This document shows, in pieces, positions 1-9,723 of a stretch of 64,000 nt of DNA. The stretch comes from Candidatus Anoxymicrobiaceae bacterium (lineage in GTDB: Bacteria; Actinomycetota; Geothermincolia; Fen-727; Anoxymicrobiaceae), in contig DAIUEJ010000010.1 in assembly GCA_036845225.1 (NCBI GenBank), positions 387-64,386 of the forward strand. The letters run 5' to 3'. The position numbers were made by a program, and so were the translations under genes. The notes beneath the pieces are model-generated. The model was not told the DNA's origin. It was given only the letters and a program-made list of their open reading frames with translations, and did not search any database. Each line of letters starts with the position of its first letter. Position 1 is the first letter of the stretch.

Positions 1-1128
1 GCCAGCATCCTCCGCGCGAACCGCCCGTGCCATTCTTCCAGTTGCTCGCCCAGCGCCATGCTCAGCAGTTCGAGCACGTGGTAGACCGGCGGCCCCAGTG
101 GGTTTAGAAGCTTTCCCGTGAGGAACATCTGCAGGCACCCTGAGCAGTACGTCGCGATGGCGTCGGCCCCGGTCCTGGTCGCCTCCCGCACGACTTTCAG
201 CGTGTAGGGCGTGATCTTCCACGGGTTGTACGCGCTGTACGGGCTGAAGCCCGCCCCGATGCCGCAGCAGAGCATGCACTCCGCCGAGTTCCCCATCTCC
301 ACGACCTCAGCCCCGGCGCGCTCCAGGATGCGGCGCGGCAGGTCCATGTACTCCTGGCCGAACTGCTTGCCGTAGCACGACTCCTGGACGGTCACTGTCA
401 TGTCGAGCGGCTGCTTGATCTCGAGCTCGCCGGAGGCCAGCTTGCGGTCGATGACCTCCAGGTACGAGTCCATCTCGAACTGGTAGTCCGCGCCGAAGTG
501 CGGCAGCACCCGCGTGAACATGTAATAACCCGCGCTGCAGAGGATGGTCACCTTCTTCGCTTCGAGCGCGTCGAAGTAGGCGGTGGTCTTGCGCGCCACC
601 TGCTCCAACTGGTCGAAGAGCCCCATCCTCCAGTACATCTCGCCGCAGCAGAACTCCAGCCCGCCGCGGATGTCCAGCCCCTCGAGTGACCGCGTCTGTG
701 TCAGGAGCGGCGTCGCGATCATGTTACACCCCGGATAGCAGACTTCGTCTGCCGGCGTCATGTCGCGCCACGCCTCGATGATCTTCTTCTCTTTCGGCGT
801 CATCCCCTTGAGGATGGCCGTCCTGAAGTTCACCGGGGAGTGGGGGAGGAAGTACCTCGCGCGCTCCGGCAGCCCGCGCTCAGCCACGACCTCTGCGAAG
901 CGGTTGATGATGAGCTCGCCGGGGTTGCAGGAGTTGGGGCAGAAGAAGTCGCAGTCCAGGCAGGTCGTGCACTCCTTGAGGACCCGTGACGGCCTGCCCT
1001 CGCGCAGGTTCGCGATCTCGCGCTTGGCTTCGTCCACCGGCATCCGCATCACAGGGCAGAGGGACAGGCAGGTCCCGCACTGCTCGCACGAATCGTGGAG
1101 GTAGGGTTTGGGGGTGCGGTACTCCATC
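1..1128 (-). CDS. (Fe-S)-binding oxidoreductase, HdrD/GlcF-like (two 4Fe-4S Cx2Cx2Cx3CP motifs plus two CCG cysteine-rich domains); 3' end runs off window
   Basis: Reverse-strand translation from ATG (rc of cat at ~1126-1128; GGAGGG RBS upstream) reads MEYRTPKPYLHDSCEQCGTCLSLCPV...CTTCLDCDFFCPNSC...EFCCGEMYW...LCCGIGAGF...YCSGCLQMF with no stop before position 1. Absent from the ORF track because it is truncated at the window edge. Confidence 0.7.
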
Positions 1129-1165
1129 AGTTGCCCTCCGTTGTGGCTCCCGGCGCGGTCGGGCC

Positions 1166-1447
1166 TCAGGCCTCGTGCCTGGGGTGGGCTTTGACTATCT
1201 TCATCGCGCGGCTGACGGCGACGATGGTGTCGGCCTTGAACTGCGCCTGCAGCTCGCCCATGCGGGCGTACGCGTAACCTTTCGTGGTCACCACGTACTT
1301 GGGCTTCACGTCGTTCAGCGCGATCGCGATCGCGTCGAGCCGGCACCGCGGACAGTCGCAGAACTCATTTTCTTCGGCTAATACTTCGTCCACGTAGTCG
1401 GTCACCACGTGTTCCATGAAGTTGGTGAGCTCCAAGGTCGCCTCCAT
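1166..1447 (-). CDS. ComFB-like small cysteine-containing protein
   Basis: 93 aa, MEATLELTNFMEHVVTDYVDEVLAEENEFCDCPRCRLDAIAIALNDVKPKYVVTTKGYAYAR; C..C..C pattern and the VTT.GY.Y segment resemble the ComFB family. Confidence 0.5.
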   Translation of the reverse strand: MEATLELTNFMEHVVTDYVDEVLAEENEFCDCPRCRLDAIAIALNDVKPKYVVTTKGYAYARMGELQAQFKADTIVAVSRAMKIVKAHPRHEA

Positions 1448-1599
1448 CGGGCTCGCAAGACCCGGGTGCGACGCGGTCGCAGTGGTCCGGGTCCGGTTGA
1501 GACAACTATATCACGGCCCGGCGACCCGGGAGAACCGGCACATGATGACGATCAGCGCAGACTGCCCTCGGGCCGCGCCCCGGCAGGAGCAGGCCTGGG

Positions 1600-1640
1600 A
1601 ACGCTGTGGTATCTGCTCCACCCCTCTGCTATAATGCCCT
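1600..1640 (+). promoter_or_regulatory. candidate sigma70 -10 (TATAAT near 1631) with ~60 nt leader upstream of rpsF
   Basis: ctgctataatgccc about 62 nt upstream of the rpsF start; the -35 is weak. Confidence 0.3.
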
Positions 1641-1698
1641 TACTTTTGCCCATTTCCACGGATGATGGCGTAGGCATCACCAATCACCGGAGGTTAAT

Positions 1699-1989
1699 TT
1701 GCGAAGATATGAGACGTTGCTGATCGCGAGTTCGGACCTCGAGGAGCCCGGGTTGAAGGCGCTCCTCGACGAAGTCGCGGCCCTCATCGTGCGCGAGGGC
1801 GGGCTGGTCAAGGGTATCGACGTCTGGGGCCTGCGGCGCCTCGAGTACACCATAAAGCACCAGGATAGCGGTCACTACGCTGTGATAAACTTTGAGGCGG
1901 ACACCGGTGTCGTGAAGGAACTCGAGAGGGTCATGGGCATCAGGGACGACGTCCTGAGGACCAAGACTCTCGTTCGCGAGAAGGGATAA
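1699..1989 (+). CDS. rpsF: 30S ribosomal protein S6
   Basis: MRRYETLLIASSDLEEPGLKALLDEVAALIVREGG...YAVINFEADTGVVKELERV is a typical S6 sequence; position in the rpsF-ssb-rpsR-rplI block. Confidence 0.9.
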   Translation: MRRYETLLIASSDLEEPGLKALLDEVAALIVREGGLVKGIDVWGLRRLEYTIKHQDSGHYAVINFEADTGVVKELERVMGIRDDVLRTKTLVREKG

Positions 1990-1995
1990 CGCCAG

Positions 1996-2433
1996 ATGGC
2001 AAGCCTCAACAGGGTGGTGCTGGTAGGTAACCTGACCAGGGACCCCGAGCTCAAGTTCACCACCGCGGGCAAGCCCGTGGCCAGGCTGGGCCTCGCGGTC
2101 AACCGCACGCCCTACACGAACGACCAGGGCGAGCGCATCGAGGGCGTCGATTTCTTCAACATCGTCGTCTTCGGCAGGCAGGCCGAGACCGCCCACCAGT
2201 ACCTGCGCAAGGGCTCGGGCGTCGCGATCGACGGCCGGCTCCGCTACCGTTCCTGGCAGACCGACGACGGCCAGAAGCGCTCGGTCGTGGAGGTCGAGGC
2301 CCAGAACGTGCAGTTCCTGCCGCGCGGGGGCGAGCAGGGCCCAGGAGGCCCTGGAGGGCAGGCAGGCCCGTCAGACGATTTTGCCGGCATAGACGTCCCG
2401 CCAATCGAGGGCGGGGAAGATTACCCCTGGTAA
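1996..2433 (+). CDS. ssb: single-stranded DNA-binding protein
   Basis: MASLNRVVLVGNLTRDPELKFTTAGKPVARLGLAVNRTPYTNDQGERIEGVDFFNIVVFGRQAE...; OB-fold SSB with Gly/Pro-rich tail and acidic C-terminus. Confidence 0.9.
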   Translation: MASLNRVVLVGNLTRDPELKFTTAGKPVARLGLAVNRTPYTNDQGERIEGVDFFNIVVFGRQAETAHQYLRKGSGVAIDGRLRYRSWQTDDGQKRSVVEVEAQNVQFLPRGGEQGPGGPGGQAGPSDDFAGIDVPPIEGGEDYPW

Positions 2434-2482
2434 GACAGGTGGCCAATAGGCCAACCACGGTAATAAAAGGAGTGTTTCAGTC

Positions 2483-2728
2483 ATAGCAAGCGAAAAGAAG
2501 CAATCGCCGTATCCGAGAAAGCAGAAGCGCAAGGTCTGTTACTTCTGCAAGGAAAAGATCGACTACATCGACTACAAGGACGTGGGCATGCTGCGGCGTT
2601 TTCTCTCCGAGCGCGGGAAGATAAGGCCCCGCAGGGTGACCGGCACGTGCACTCAGCACCAGGCCGACCTCTGCAAGGCGATCAAGAACGCGCGAGAGGT
2701 GGCGCTCCTCCCGTATCCGCGCAAATAG
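2483..2728 (+). CDS. rpsR: 30S ribosomal protein S18; apparent non-canonical start (ATA at 2483?)
   Basis: Frame ending at TAG 2726-2728 encodes ...[67 protein letters not shown]. Between the in-frame TAG at 2447 and the first ATG (inside the conserved core) there is no ATG/GTG/TTG/CTG. AAAGGAG RBS at 2465-2471. Confidence 0.75.
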   Translation: MASEKKQSPYPRKQKRKVCYFCKEKIDYIDYKDVGMLRRFLSERGKIRPRRVTGTCTQHQADLCKAIKNAREVALLPYPRK

Positions 2729-2761
2729 TCCCCACTCAACCAACACCGGGACGGTGAAACC

Positions 2762-3388
2762 GTGAAGGTCCTGCTCAAACAAGACATAGACCGTGTCGGC
2801 CGCATGGGCGAGGTCATCGACGTCGCCGGCGGCTACGCGCGCAACTACCTCATCCCGAGAGGCCTCGCCGTGGGGGTCACCCGCGGCACCATGAAGGACA
2901 TCGAGGAACAGAAGAGAGTGCTCAAGGTCAAGTCCGATCGCCAGCGCGAGCAGCTCGCGTCGGTCGGCGAGAAGATAATGGCAAAGCCGCTGGTCATCAA
3001 GGCCCGCTGCAGCGCAAGTGGCAAGCTCTTCGGGTCCATCACCAACCGCCAACTGGCGGATGCCATCAAAGAGGCCACGGGCGAGGACGTCGACCGCCAC
3101 AAGATAACAATCGACGAGAAGATAAGGACTGTCGGCACTCACACGTCCCTGATCAAGCTCCACCACGACGTCGAGATCTCCAAAGAGTTTGAGGTCGAGG
3201 GCGAGGGCTACGAGGCCGAGGAACCGCCCGAGGAAGAGATCGAGGCCGCGTCTGATGCGCAGGCAACCGCGCAGGCGGTCGAGGCCCAACCAGCCGAAGA
3301 CCAACCAGCCGAGGAGGAGAGCGGCGAGCCCGCCGATGAGGCAGGCGGGGACGAGGGCTCCGAACAGCCGCAATCCGAGCAGGAATAG
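2762..3388 (+). CDS. rplI: 50S ribosomal protein L9 with acidic C-terminal extension
   Basis: GTG start; MKVLLKQDIDRVGRMGEVIDVAGGYARNYLIPRGLAV is a classic L9 N-domain. The C-terminus is E/A/Q-rich. Confidence 0.9.
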   Translation: MKVLLKQDIDRVGRMGEVIDVAGGYARNYLIPRGLAVGVTRGTMKDIEEQKRVLKVKSDRQREQLASVGEKIMAKPLVIKARCSASGKLFGSITNRQLADAIKEATGEDVDRHKITIDEKIRTVGTHTSLIKLHHDVEISKEFEVEGEGYEAEEPPEEEIEAASDAQATAQAVEAQPAEDQPAEEESGEPADEAGGDEGSEQPQSEQE

Positions 3389-3394
3389 GGTCGA

Positions 3395-4765
3395 ATGGCA
3401 CTGGAGCCGGTACTCACAACCAGCAGGTCCGACCGCGTCCCGCCTCACAACCTCGAGGCCGAGGAATCGGTCCTTGGCTCGATGATACTCTCCCACCAGG
3501 CAGCCGCTGAGGTGCTGGACATCCTCAGCCCCGAAGACTTTTACAAGGAAGCTCACCGCACCATCTACAAAGCCCTGATCGAGCTGTACGCGGGCGGCTC
3601 GGCGACCGACCACGTGGTGCTCGCCGAGGAGCTCAAGAGGCGGGGGCAACTGGAAACGGTCGGCGACCGCGCGTACCTCTTGATGCTCGCCGACACTACT
3701 CCCAATCCTCACAACGTCAAGCACTACGCGAGCATAGTCCGAGACATGGCGTTCCGACGCAACCTCATCGACATCGGGTACGACATCACCGGCCTCGGCT
3801 ACAGCGTGGGCGAGGAGTTCGCCGACCTCTACGACAGCTCCGAGCAGTCGCTGTACAACCTCGGCAAGAGGATGCGGCGCGAGGGCCTCACCCACATCAG
3901 GAACCCGCTCCTGATCAGCTTCAACCGCATGTCCGAGGCGAAAGAGGCGCACAAGATGGTGACCGGCGTGCCCACCGGCTTCTACGACCTGGACCGGATA
4001 ACGAGCGGGCTGCAGCCGTCGAACCTGGTCATCGTCGGGGGCCGCACCTCGATGGGCAAGACCAGCTTCGCGTTGAACGTCGCACACCACGCCGCGGTCC
4101 GCGAGGAGATCGGCGTCCTCATCTTCAGCCTCGAGATGAACAAGACCGACATCGCCGAGCGCCTGCTGCTCAGCGAGGCCAGGGTCGACTCCGGCAAGTA
4201 CCGCACCGGTGACGTCGACGAGAAAGACATGGAGCGCATAGTGCACGCGGCGGGCACCCTGAGCAACGCGCCCATCTACATCGACGATACCGGCGACCTC
4301 AAGCTCCTGGAGATGAGGTCGATCGCGCGAAAACTGATGTCTACCGAGAAGAACGTCGGTCTCATCATCGTCGACTATATCCAGCTCATGTACAGCGACA
4401 AGCGCACCGAGTCGCGCGCCCAGGAGGTCTCGCGCATCGCCCGCGACCTCAAGGTGATGGCGATGGACCTGGAGGTGCCGGTGCTCGCGGTATCGCAGTT
4501 GCGGCGCCCGCCGCCGACAGTCCAGAAGAAGGACCCGAGCCTGGAGGACCTCAAGGAATCCGGCGGCATCGAGCAGAACGCCGACCTGGTGGTGCTCATA
4601 TACCGGCCGGAGGTCGACGACCCGCGGAACAATGACATCAAGGGCGTGGCCGAGATCAACCTCGCCAAGCACCGCAACGGACGCACCGCCAAGTTCAACC
4701 TCTACTGGATGGGGTCGTTCTCCAAGTTCGAGAACCCCGCGGAGGAAGACCTCCTGCAGGAGTAG
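3395..4765 (+). CDS. dnaB: replicative DNA helicase DnaB
   Basis: 456 aa; PHNLEAEESVLGSMIL, GGRTSMGKTSFALN (Walker A), IIVDYIQLM and SQLRR motifs. Confidence 0.9.
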   Translation: MALEPVLTTSRSDRVPPHNLEAEESVLGSMILSHQAAAEVLDILSPEDFYKEAHRTIYKALIELYAGGSATDHVVLAEELKRRGQLETVGDRAYLLMLADTTPNPHNVKHYASIVRDMAFRRNLIDIGYDITGLGYSVGEEFADLYDSSEQSLYNLGKRMRREGLTHIRNPLLISFNRMSEAKEAHKMVTGVPTGFYDLDRITSGLQPSNLVIVGGRTSMGKTSFALNVAHHAAVREEIGVLIFSLEMNKTDIAERLLLSEARVDSGKYRTGDVDEKDMERIVHAAGTLSNAPIYIDDTGDLKLLEMRSIARKLMSTEKNVGLIIVDYIQLMYSDKRTESRAQEVSRIARDLKVMAMDLEVPVLAVSQLRRPPPTVQKKDPSLEDLKESGGIEQNADLVVLIYRPEVDDPRNNDIKGVAEINLAKHRNGRTAKFNLYWMGSFSKFENPAEEDLLQE

Positions 4766-4826
4766 CGAAACCGCGTGATGCCCGCGCCCGTATTCATAGT
4801 AATGCGAACACAAGGAAGGCCTTGAT

Positions 4827-5849
4827 TTGTCGAACGAGACTGACAGCCCTAACGGGAAGACGATAGACGCGTACCTCGGGGTCGACGTAGGATCCGTCTC
4901 GACCAACGTGGTGGCGCTGGACCGGGACGGCGGCGTGCTCTCCTCGGTGTACCTGCGCACGATGGGGCAACCTATCAAGGCTGTGCAGGAAGGCATGCGC
5001 GAAGTGGGCGGCAAGCTGGACGCCAGCGTGGTCATCCGAGGGGCCGGGGCGACCGGCAGCGCGAGGTACCTTACCGGTGTGGTCATCGGCGCCGACCTGG
5101 TGAAGAACGAGATCACCTCCCACGCGGTCGCCGCAAGCCATATCGTCCCCGGGGTCCGGACGGTGCTCGAGATCGGGGGCCAGGACTCCAAGCTCATCCT
5201 GCTTCGCGACGGCATCGTCACCGACTTCGCGATGAACACGGTCTGCGCGGCGGGCACCGGCTCTTTCCTCGACCACCAGTCCGCGAGGCTGGGCGTGCCG
5301 GTGGAGGAGTTCGGCGACCTGGCGCTCCAGGCGAAGGAAGGCGCGCAGATAGCCGGGCGCTGCTCGGTCTTCGCCGAGAGCGACATGATCCACAAGCAGC
5401 AGGTCGGCTACCCGATAGAGGAGATAGTCCTCGGCCTGTGCCGCTCGCTGGTGCGCAACTACCTGAACAACCTCGCCAAGGGCAAGAAGCTCGAGCCCCC
5501 GGTCGTGTTCCAGGGTGGCGTCGCCGCTAACATCGGCATGAAGCGCGCGTTCGAGGACGCCCTCGGGGTCGAGATAAACATCCCTCCGTACCACGACGTG
5601 ATGGGCGCCATCGGCGTGGCGCTCCTTACCATGGACGAGTCCGACTACATACCGGAGAGTAACTTCCGCGGCTTCTCGCTCGCCGACTTCGTCTACGACA
5701 CTTCGTCTTTCAACTGCCAGGGTTGCTCCAACAACTGCGAGATCGTGAAGATCAAGACCGGGCGAGAGGTGCTGGCGTGCTGGGGCGGCCGTTGCGGGAA
5801 GTGGGAGCTCGAGTTCGACTCGCCCGCCGGGCGCGTACCGAAGGGGTAA
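4827..5849 (+). CDS. BadF/BadG/BcrA/BcrD-family ATPase (acyl-CoA dehydratase/reductase activase-like) with Cys-rich C-terminus
   Basis: TTG start after AAGGAAGG RBS; LGVDVGSVSTNVVAL, EIGGQDSK and CAAGTGSFLD motifs typical of HgdC/BcrAD-type activases; C-terminal CQGCSNNCE...CWGGRCGKWE. Confidence 0.6.
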   Translation: MSNETDSPNGKTIDAYLGVDVGSVSTNVVALDRDGGVLSSVYLRTMGQPIKAVQEGMREVGGKLDASVVIRGAGATGSARYLTGVVIGADLVKNEITSHAVAASHIVPGVRTVLEIGGQDSKLILLRDGIVTDFAMNTVCAAGTGSFLDHQSARLGVPVEEFGDLALQAKEGAQIAGRCSVFAESDMIHKQQVGYPIEEIVLGLCRSLVRNYLNNLAKGKKLEPPVVFQGGVAANIGMKRAFEDALGVEINIPPYHDVMGAIGVALLTMDESDYIPESNFRGFSLADFVYDTSSFNCQGCSNNCEIVKIKTGREVLACWGGRCGKWELEFDSPAGRVPKG

Positions 5850-5851
5850 GG

Positions 5852-6568
5852 GTGAAGAGAACTGGCTTGCCTCCGGTCCGCCTCACCGCCGTGCTCTTTA
5901 CCGCGGTCATGCTGGCGGCGCTCGCCGCCGGTTGCGGGACACCGTCCGCCGGCACCCCGCCGCAGATAGTCAGGAAATCGATCGATGCCCAGGGCCGCCT
6001 GAAGTCCGCCAGTATAAGCGTGGACAGCGACATCGAACTCCAGGTGCCCGGGGGCAACCAGTCGTCGTCGATGTCCTACAAAGGTTCCTTCGAAGCCCCC
6101 GACCGCTGGAAGCTGACCATCAGGTCGTCGGGCGCCAGGTCGGACGTGGTCATCGTCGGTGGCCGGACCTGGGTCAAGCCCCCCGGCTCGGATACCTGGA
6201 CCGAGAAGAAGAACGCCACCCCGCTGACTGCCGCGTCGCCGAACGACGTGGTCGCGTCCAAGTACCTGAAGTCGGCAAAGAACGTCCAGCTCGTCGACCA
6301 GAAAGACGACACCTACCACTTGAAGTTCGACCTCGACGTCCTGTCTTTCGCCCGGTCGTTCAACCTCTCGGGGATCGACCCCGCGCTCTTCAAAGGCAAG
6401 CAGGCGCACATGGAGATCTGGGTCCGCAAGAAGGACCTCTTCCTCGAGAAGGCCACCATGAACTTCGCGGGTCACATCGGGGCGCCGGTCAACGCAAACC
6501 TGAAGATGAACACCGAGATCGACTTCTCGGACCTCAACGAGCCGGTCAGCATCGAACCACCTGTCTGA
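5852..6568 (+). CDS. putative lipoprotein (LolA/LppX-like size, unknown function)
   Basis: GTG start in frame with track ORF 5723..6568; signal peptide with lipobox LAALAAGC. Confidence 0.5.
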   Translation: MKRTGLPPVRLTAVLFTAVMLAALAAGCGTPSAGTPPQIVRKSIDAQGRLKSASISVDSDIELQVPGGNQSSSMSYKGSFEAPDRWKLTIRSSGARSDVVIVGGRTWVKPPGSDTWTEKKNATPLTAASPNDVVASKYLKSAKNVQLVDQKDDTYHLKFDLDVLSFARSFNLSGIDPALFKGKQAHMEIWVRKKDLFLEKATMNFAGHIGAPVNANLKMNTEIDFSDLNEPVSIEPPV

Positions 6569-6630
6569 AAAAGTGTAAAACCGGTGCCAGGCATGCAAAA
6601 AGGGGACAGGCACCTTTTTGCATTTTCTTC
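6567..6630. terminator. repeat-family hairpin/terminator (AAAAAGTGTAAAACCGGTGCCAGGCA + TGCAAAAAGG/CCTTTTTGCA stem) directly after the stop codon
   Basis: 29 nt CTGAAAAAGTGTAAAACCGGTGCCAGGCA identical to 8773-8801; 10-bp inverted repeat 6594-6603/6613-6622 followed by a T-run. Confidence 0.5.
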
Positions 6631-6686
6631 ACCAGAGGACTCCGGCCGCTCGTCACTGTCAGCACCGGGCAATCTGACTTCGAGTG

Positions 6687-7841
6687 CTACAGGTCCCTGT
6701 TCATCCTCATCAGGCGCATGAGCAGCGGCCTGTCCAGGACGATCGCGTCCTGCTCGCACAGCTCGTGGCAGCAATAGCACCGCACGCACTTCTTGAGGTC
6801 GACCCTGGCGAGACCGCCCTCGATGGTGATGGCCTTCGCGGGGCAGCTCTCCACGCACCTCTTGCAGGCGGTGCACTTTCCCTCCACCGGCAGCGGCCGC
6901 AGCGCTATCCGGTTCCCGAACTGCTTCATGATGAAGTCAGGGACGTGCTCGCTGATGTCCTTCTTGGTCGGCAGCTGGAAGCCGGAGAACGCCAGCACGC
7001 CGGCGTCGTCGCCGAGTACAGTGAGTCCTTCGGCGCTCCCGTCGCAGAGGCCCCGCCTTACCGCGGCGGCAAGCGGCTTGTTCTTCGCGAAGTCGATCCC
7101 GATGAGCGACATCATGAGGGCATCGAGCGAGAGGGCGTCCGGCCCCGCCGCCAGCATCCCCATCTCGGCAAGGTTGCCGGCGCGCGGCCCGTTGCCGTCC
7201 ATGCCGACCACGGCGTCCACGATGTTAAGGTCGGGCGCCGACGCGAGCAGCACGTCTATTATCAGATCGGAGAAGTCGGTGTCTTTGGTGAAACGCGAGT
7301 GGTACCCGAACTTGTTGGCGCCGGGCACCGACCCGAACGTGTTCTTGATGGCACCGGTGATGTTAAGGAACATGTGTGTCTTGAACTTAGAGACCGATAC
7401 CAGGCAGTCGGCTTCGGCCATCGCGCCGCTGATGGTGATGGCTTTCATGGTCTTTCCCTGCGGGATCTGGACCTGCGTAGTGGAGGTGTCCAGCCCGAGC
7501 TCCGCTCCGGTCTCTCTCGCGACGTCCGCGAAGCCGGTCTTCTCGTAGACGCGCTTCAGGTACGAGGTGGTGAACGGGCCGCCGGGGCTGTCACCGATGG
7601 TGATCCTGTCGGTGACTTTCTGGAACTGCCTGGCTACCGCGCGCACGACCTCGGGATGGGTCGTTACGGCTTTTTCGGGCGCCGCCCCCAGGAGCGCGTT
7701 GACTTTGAGGAAGACCGATTGGCCTTCGCCCGCGAACGCGCCGGGCCCGCCGAGCAGCTCGAAGAGTTCGCCGACCTTGCCCTCGACCTTTTCGCGGTCG
7801 TAACTGTCACATGCCTTCAGGGCGACCGTGTTCTTATCCAA
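6687..7841 (-). CDS. DUF362 domain protein with C-terminal 4Fe-4S dicluster domain
   Basis: 384 aa; DUF362-like core (KVNALLGAAPEKAVTTHPEVV...) and C-terminal CTACKRCVESCP...CVRCYCCHELCE. Confidence 0.6.
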   Translation of the reverse strand: MDKNTVALKACDSYDREKVEGKVGELFELLGGPGAFAGEGQSVFLKVNALLGAAPEKAVTTHPEVVRAVARQFQKVTDRITIGDSPGGPFTTSYLKRVYEKTGFADVARETGAELGLDTSTTQVQIPQGKTMKAITISGAMAEADCLVSVSKFKTHMFLNITGAIKNTFGSVPGANKFGYHSRFTKDTDFSDLIIDVLLASAPDLNIVDAVVGMDGNGPRAGNLAEMGMLAAGPDALSLDALMMSLIGIDFAKNKPLAAAVRRGLCDGSAEGLTVLGDDAGVLAFSGFQLPTKKDISEHVPDFIMKQFGNRIALRPLPVEGKCTACKRCVESCPAKAITIEGGLARVDLKKCVRCYCCHELCEQDAIVLDRPLLMRLMRMNRDL

Positions 7842-7952
7842 CGTTTCCTCCCGGGACGCCGGCGGGACGTCGGCGCTACATCCATTTGCCGAGGTCGATG
7901 GCGTTCATTATAAGATGTACGGGCTTAGTTGCATGTATGAAAGGACAATCAA

Positions 7953-8777
7953 ATGGATGTGAAGATCGCGATACTGGTGGACAACACCACGGGGCTGCCC
8001 CCGTTCCGTGCCGAGCACGGCCTCTCGGTCTGGCTGCAGGTGGACGGGCGCTCTTTCCTCTGGGACGTGGGCCTCTCGGACCTCGCCGTGTACAACGCCA
8101 ACGTCCTCGGGATAGATCTGCGGGCGGTTGAGGGGATCGGGCTCTCGCACGGCCACCTCGATCACGCGGGCGGGCTGCAGCCGATGCTCTACGCCGCTGG
8201 CCCCAAGAAGATATACACCCATCCCGTGGCCTGGGCCTCGCGCTACATCGTATTCGGAGAGAAGAAGATGTTCGCGGGCATACCGCTGCGCAAGGAAGCC
8301 TGCGAGACGATCTGCACGTCCATCGAGATGTCCCGCGGTCCGGTCGAAGTGCTCCCCAACGTCTGGCTCACAGGCGAGGTACCTCGAGTCACCGACTTCG
8401 AGGGGCCCGAGCCCGCGCTCTTCATCGAGAAGGACGGCGAACTGGTGCCCGACCCGTTCGATGACGATCAGGCGCTGGTGATCAAGAAACCCGACGGGTG
8501 CATCGTGCTGACAGGCTGCGCGCACTCGGGCATGGTCAACATCCTGAAGCACGCGGCGGAAACGTACGGGCCGGTGTTGGCCGTGGTGGGAGGCACGCAC
8601 CTCGGCATGGGCGCGCCGCTCTCCAAGATCGAAGCCACCATGGACTACCTCGAGGAGATCCTCCCCGACAGGATGGTCGTCAACCACTGCACCGGCTCGG
8701 TGGTCATCTCCAGGATGCTGGACCGGTTCGGCGCGCGGTTCATACCCGGGCAGTCCGGGCTGTCCCTGGAGCTCTGA
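7953..8777 (+). CDS. MBL-fold metallo-hydrolase
   Basis: GLSHGHLDHAGG (HxHxDH) motif; 274 aa. Confidence 0.65.
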   Translation: MDVKIAILVDNTTGLPPFRAEHGLSVWLQVDGRSFLWDVGLSDLAVYNANVLGIDLRAVEGIGLSHGHLDHAGGLQPMLYAAGPKKIYTHPVAWASRYIVFGEKKMFAGIPLRKEACETICTSIEMSRGPVEVLPNVWLTGEVPRVTDFEGPEPALFIEKDGELVPDPFDDDQALVIKKPDGCIVLTGCAHSGMVNILKHAAETYGPVLAVVGGTHLGMGAPLSKIEATMDYLEEILPDRMVVNHCTGSVVISRMLDRFGARFIPGQSGLSLEL

Positions 8778-8816
8778 AAAAGTGTAAAACCGGTGCCAGG
8801 CACTTTTCGCCTGATT
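8775..8816. terminator. repeat-family hairpin (same 29-nt element as 6567; AGTGTAAAA/TTTTACACT stem)
   Basis: ctgaaaaagtgtaaaaccggtgccaggcacttttcgcctgattttttacact; 9-bp inverted repeat enclosing the GGTGCCAGGCAC core. Confidence 0.5.
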
Positions 8817-8877
8817 TTTTACACTCGTGTACAGTGTCAAGCACCGGAACAACAGCAAGCTCAGGAGCGCGATCGTG

Positions 8878-9621
8878 ATGGGTGAAATTGACAAGACCGA
8901 TGTCCTGATCGCCACCGGTGAGGTGCGGCTCAGGGGCGACCTTCTGTCGCCGTCGCCGGGCGTGCCGCTCGTGGTCCTGTGCCACGGCATCCCGCTCTCG
9001 AAGCTTGACCCGCCCGACCCCGGTTATGCGCTGCTGGCCGGGCAACTGGCGGAGAAGGGCCTCGCGACGCTGTTCGTGAACTTCCGTGGATGCGGAGAGT
9101 CGACCGGCAACTTCTATATGGGCGGCTGGTACGAAGACCTCTGCGCGATCATGGACTTCGCGCACGAGAAATGCTCTTTCCCGAAGGTCTACCTCATGGG
9201 CTTCTCGGCCGGCGGCGCGCTGGCCATCAAGTACGCCGCGCTCAACGGTCGTGCCGACCGTGTGGCCACCTACGCCGCGCCCGCCCGCCTCACGTCGGTC
9301 TTTACGCGCTCCGACACCCTCATGCTCATCGAGGCTGCTCGTGACGTGGGCATAATAAAGGACACCGACTTTCCTCCGACCCCCGACTGGTTCTACGAGG
9401 ACATCGAATCAAACGAGGCTCTGGATTATGTCGCGCGCGTCCGCGCTCCTCTGCTGATAGTGCACGGTGAGGAAGACGAACTCATCCCCCTGTCTCAGGG
9501 GAAGGAGTTGTTCGAAGCCGCGGGAGAGCCGAAGCAGTTCGTCGGGCTACCGCAAGGAGAACACCGCCTGCGCCGCGACCCACGCTCGGTCGAGACGTTC
9601 GTGTCCTGGCTCCGCCAATGA
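8878..9621 (+). CDS. alpha/beta hydrolase (dienelactone-hydrolase-like)
   Basis: GFSAGG nucleophile elbow and HGEEDELIP motifs; start ambiguous (GTG 8827, GTG 8875 or ATG 8878 after AGGAGC). Confidence 0.6.
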   Translation: MGEIDKTDVLIATGEVRLRGDLLSPSPGVPLVVLCHGIPLSKLDPPDPGYALLAGQLAEKGLATLFVNFRGCGESTGNFYMGGWYEDLCAIMDFAHEKCSFPKVYLMGFSAGGALAIKYAALNGRADRVATYAAPARLTSVFTRSDTLMLIEAARDVGIIKDTDFPPTPDWFYEDIESNEALDYVARVRAPLLIVHGEEDELIPLSQGKELFEAAGEPKQFVGLPQGEHRLRRDPRSVETFVSWLRQ

Positions 9622-9635
9622 CGTCGGTCATTTTC

Positions 9636-9710
9636 CACTTTTCTTTACACTTTTTGACCGACCGCAGGGATGCAGCTTCCCGAAAGTGTAAAGAAAAGTG
9701 TAAAACGAAC
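9636..9710. repeat. 15-bp perfect inverted repeat (TTTTCTTTACACTTT / AAAGTGTAAAGAAAA) with 29-nt spacer between convergent genes; contains the GTGTAAAAC family motif
   Basis: 9639-9653 pairs with 9683-9697; spacer has an inner GGGA...TCCC hairpin; likely bidirectional terminator or MITE-like remnant. Confidence 0.5.
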
Positions 9711-9723
9711 GACGTAACCTACG

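Noticed and set aside
3153-3485. Overlapping R/P-rich ORFs (82, 98, 69 aa) inside the rplI 3' region
   Set aside because: They arise from the GAG/GCC-rich acidic-tail coding repeat of L9 read in other frames.
2477-5395. 972-aa minus-strand ORF overlapping rpsR-rplI-dnaB (similar very long antisense ORFs at 16175-17455, 18968-20332, 26118-27764, 36686-38116, 48467-50323, 54731-56956, 58843-61218)
   Set aside because: High-GC antisense artefacts: Arg/Pro/Gly-rich translations, no domain features, and they overlap well-supported conserved genes on the opposite strand.
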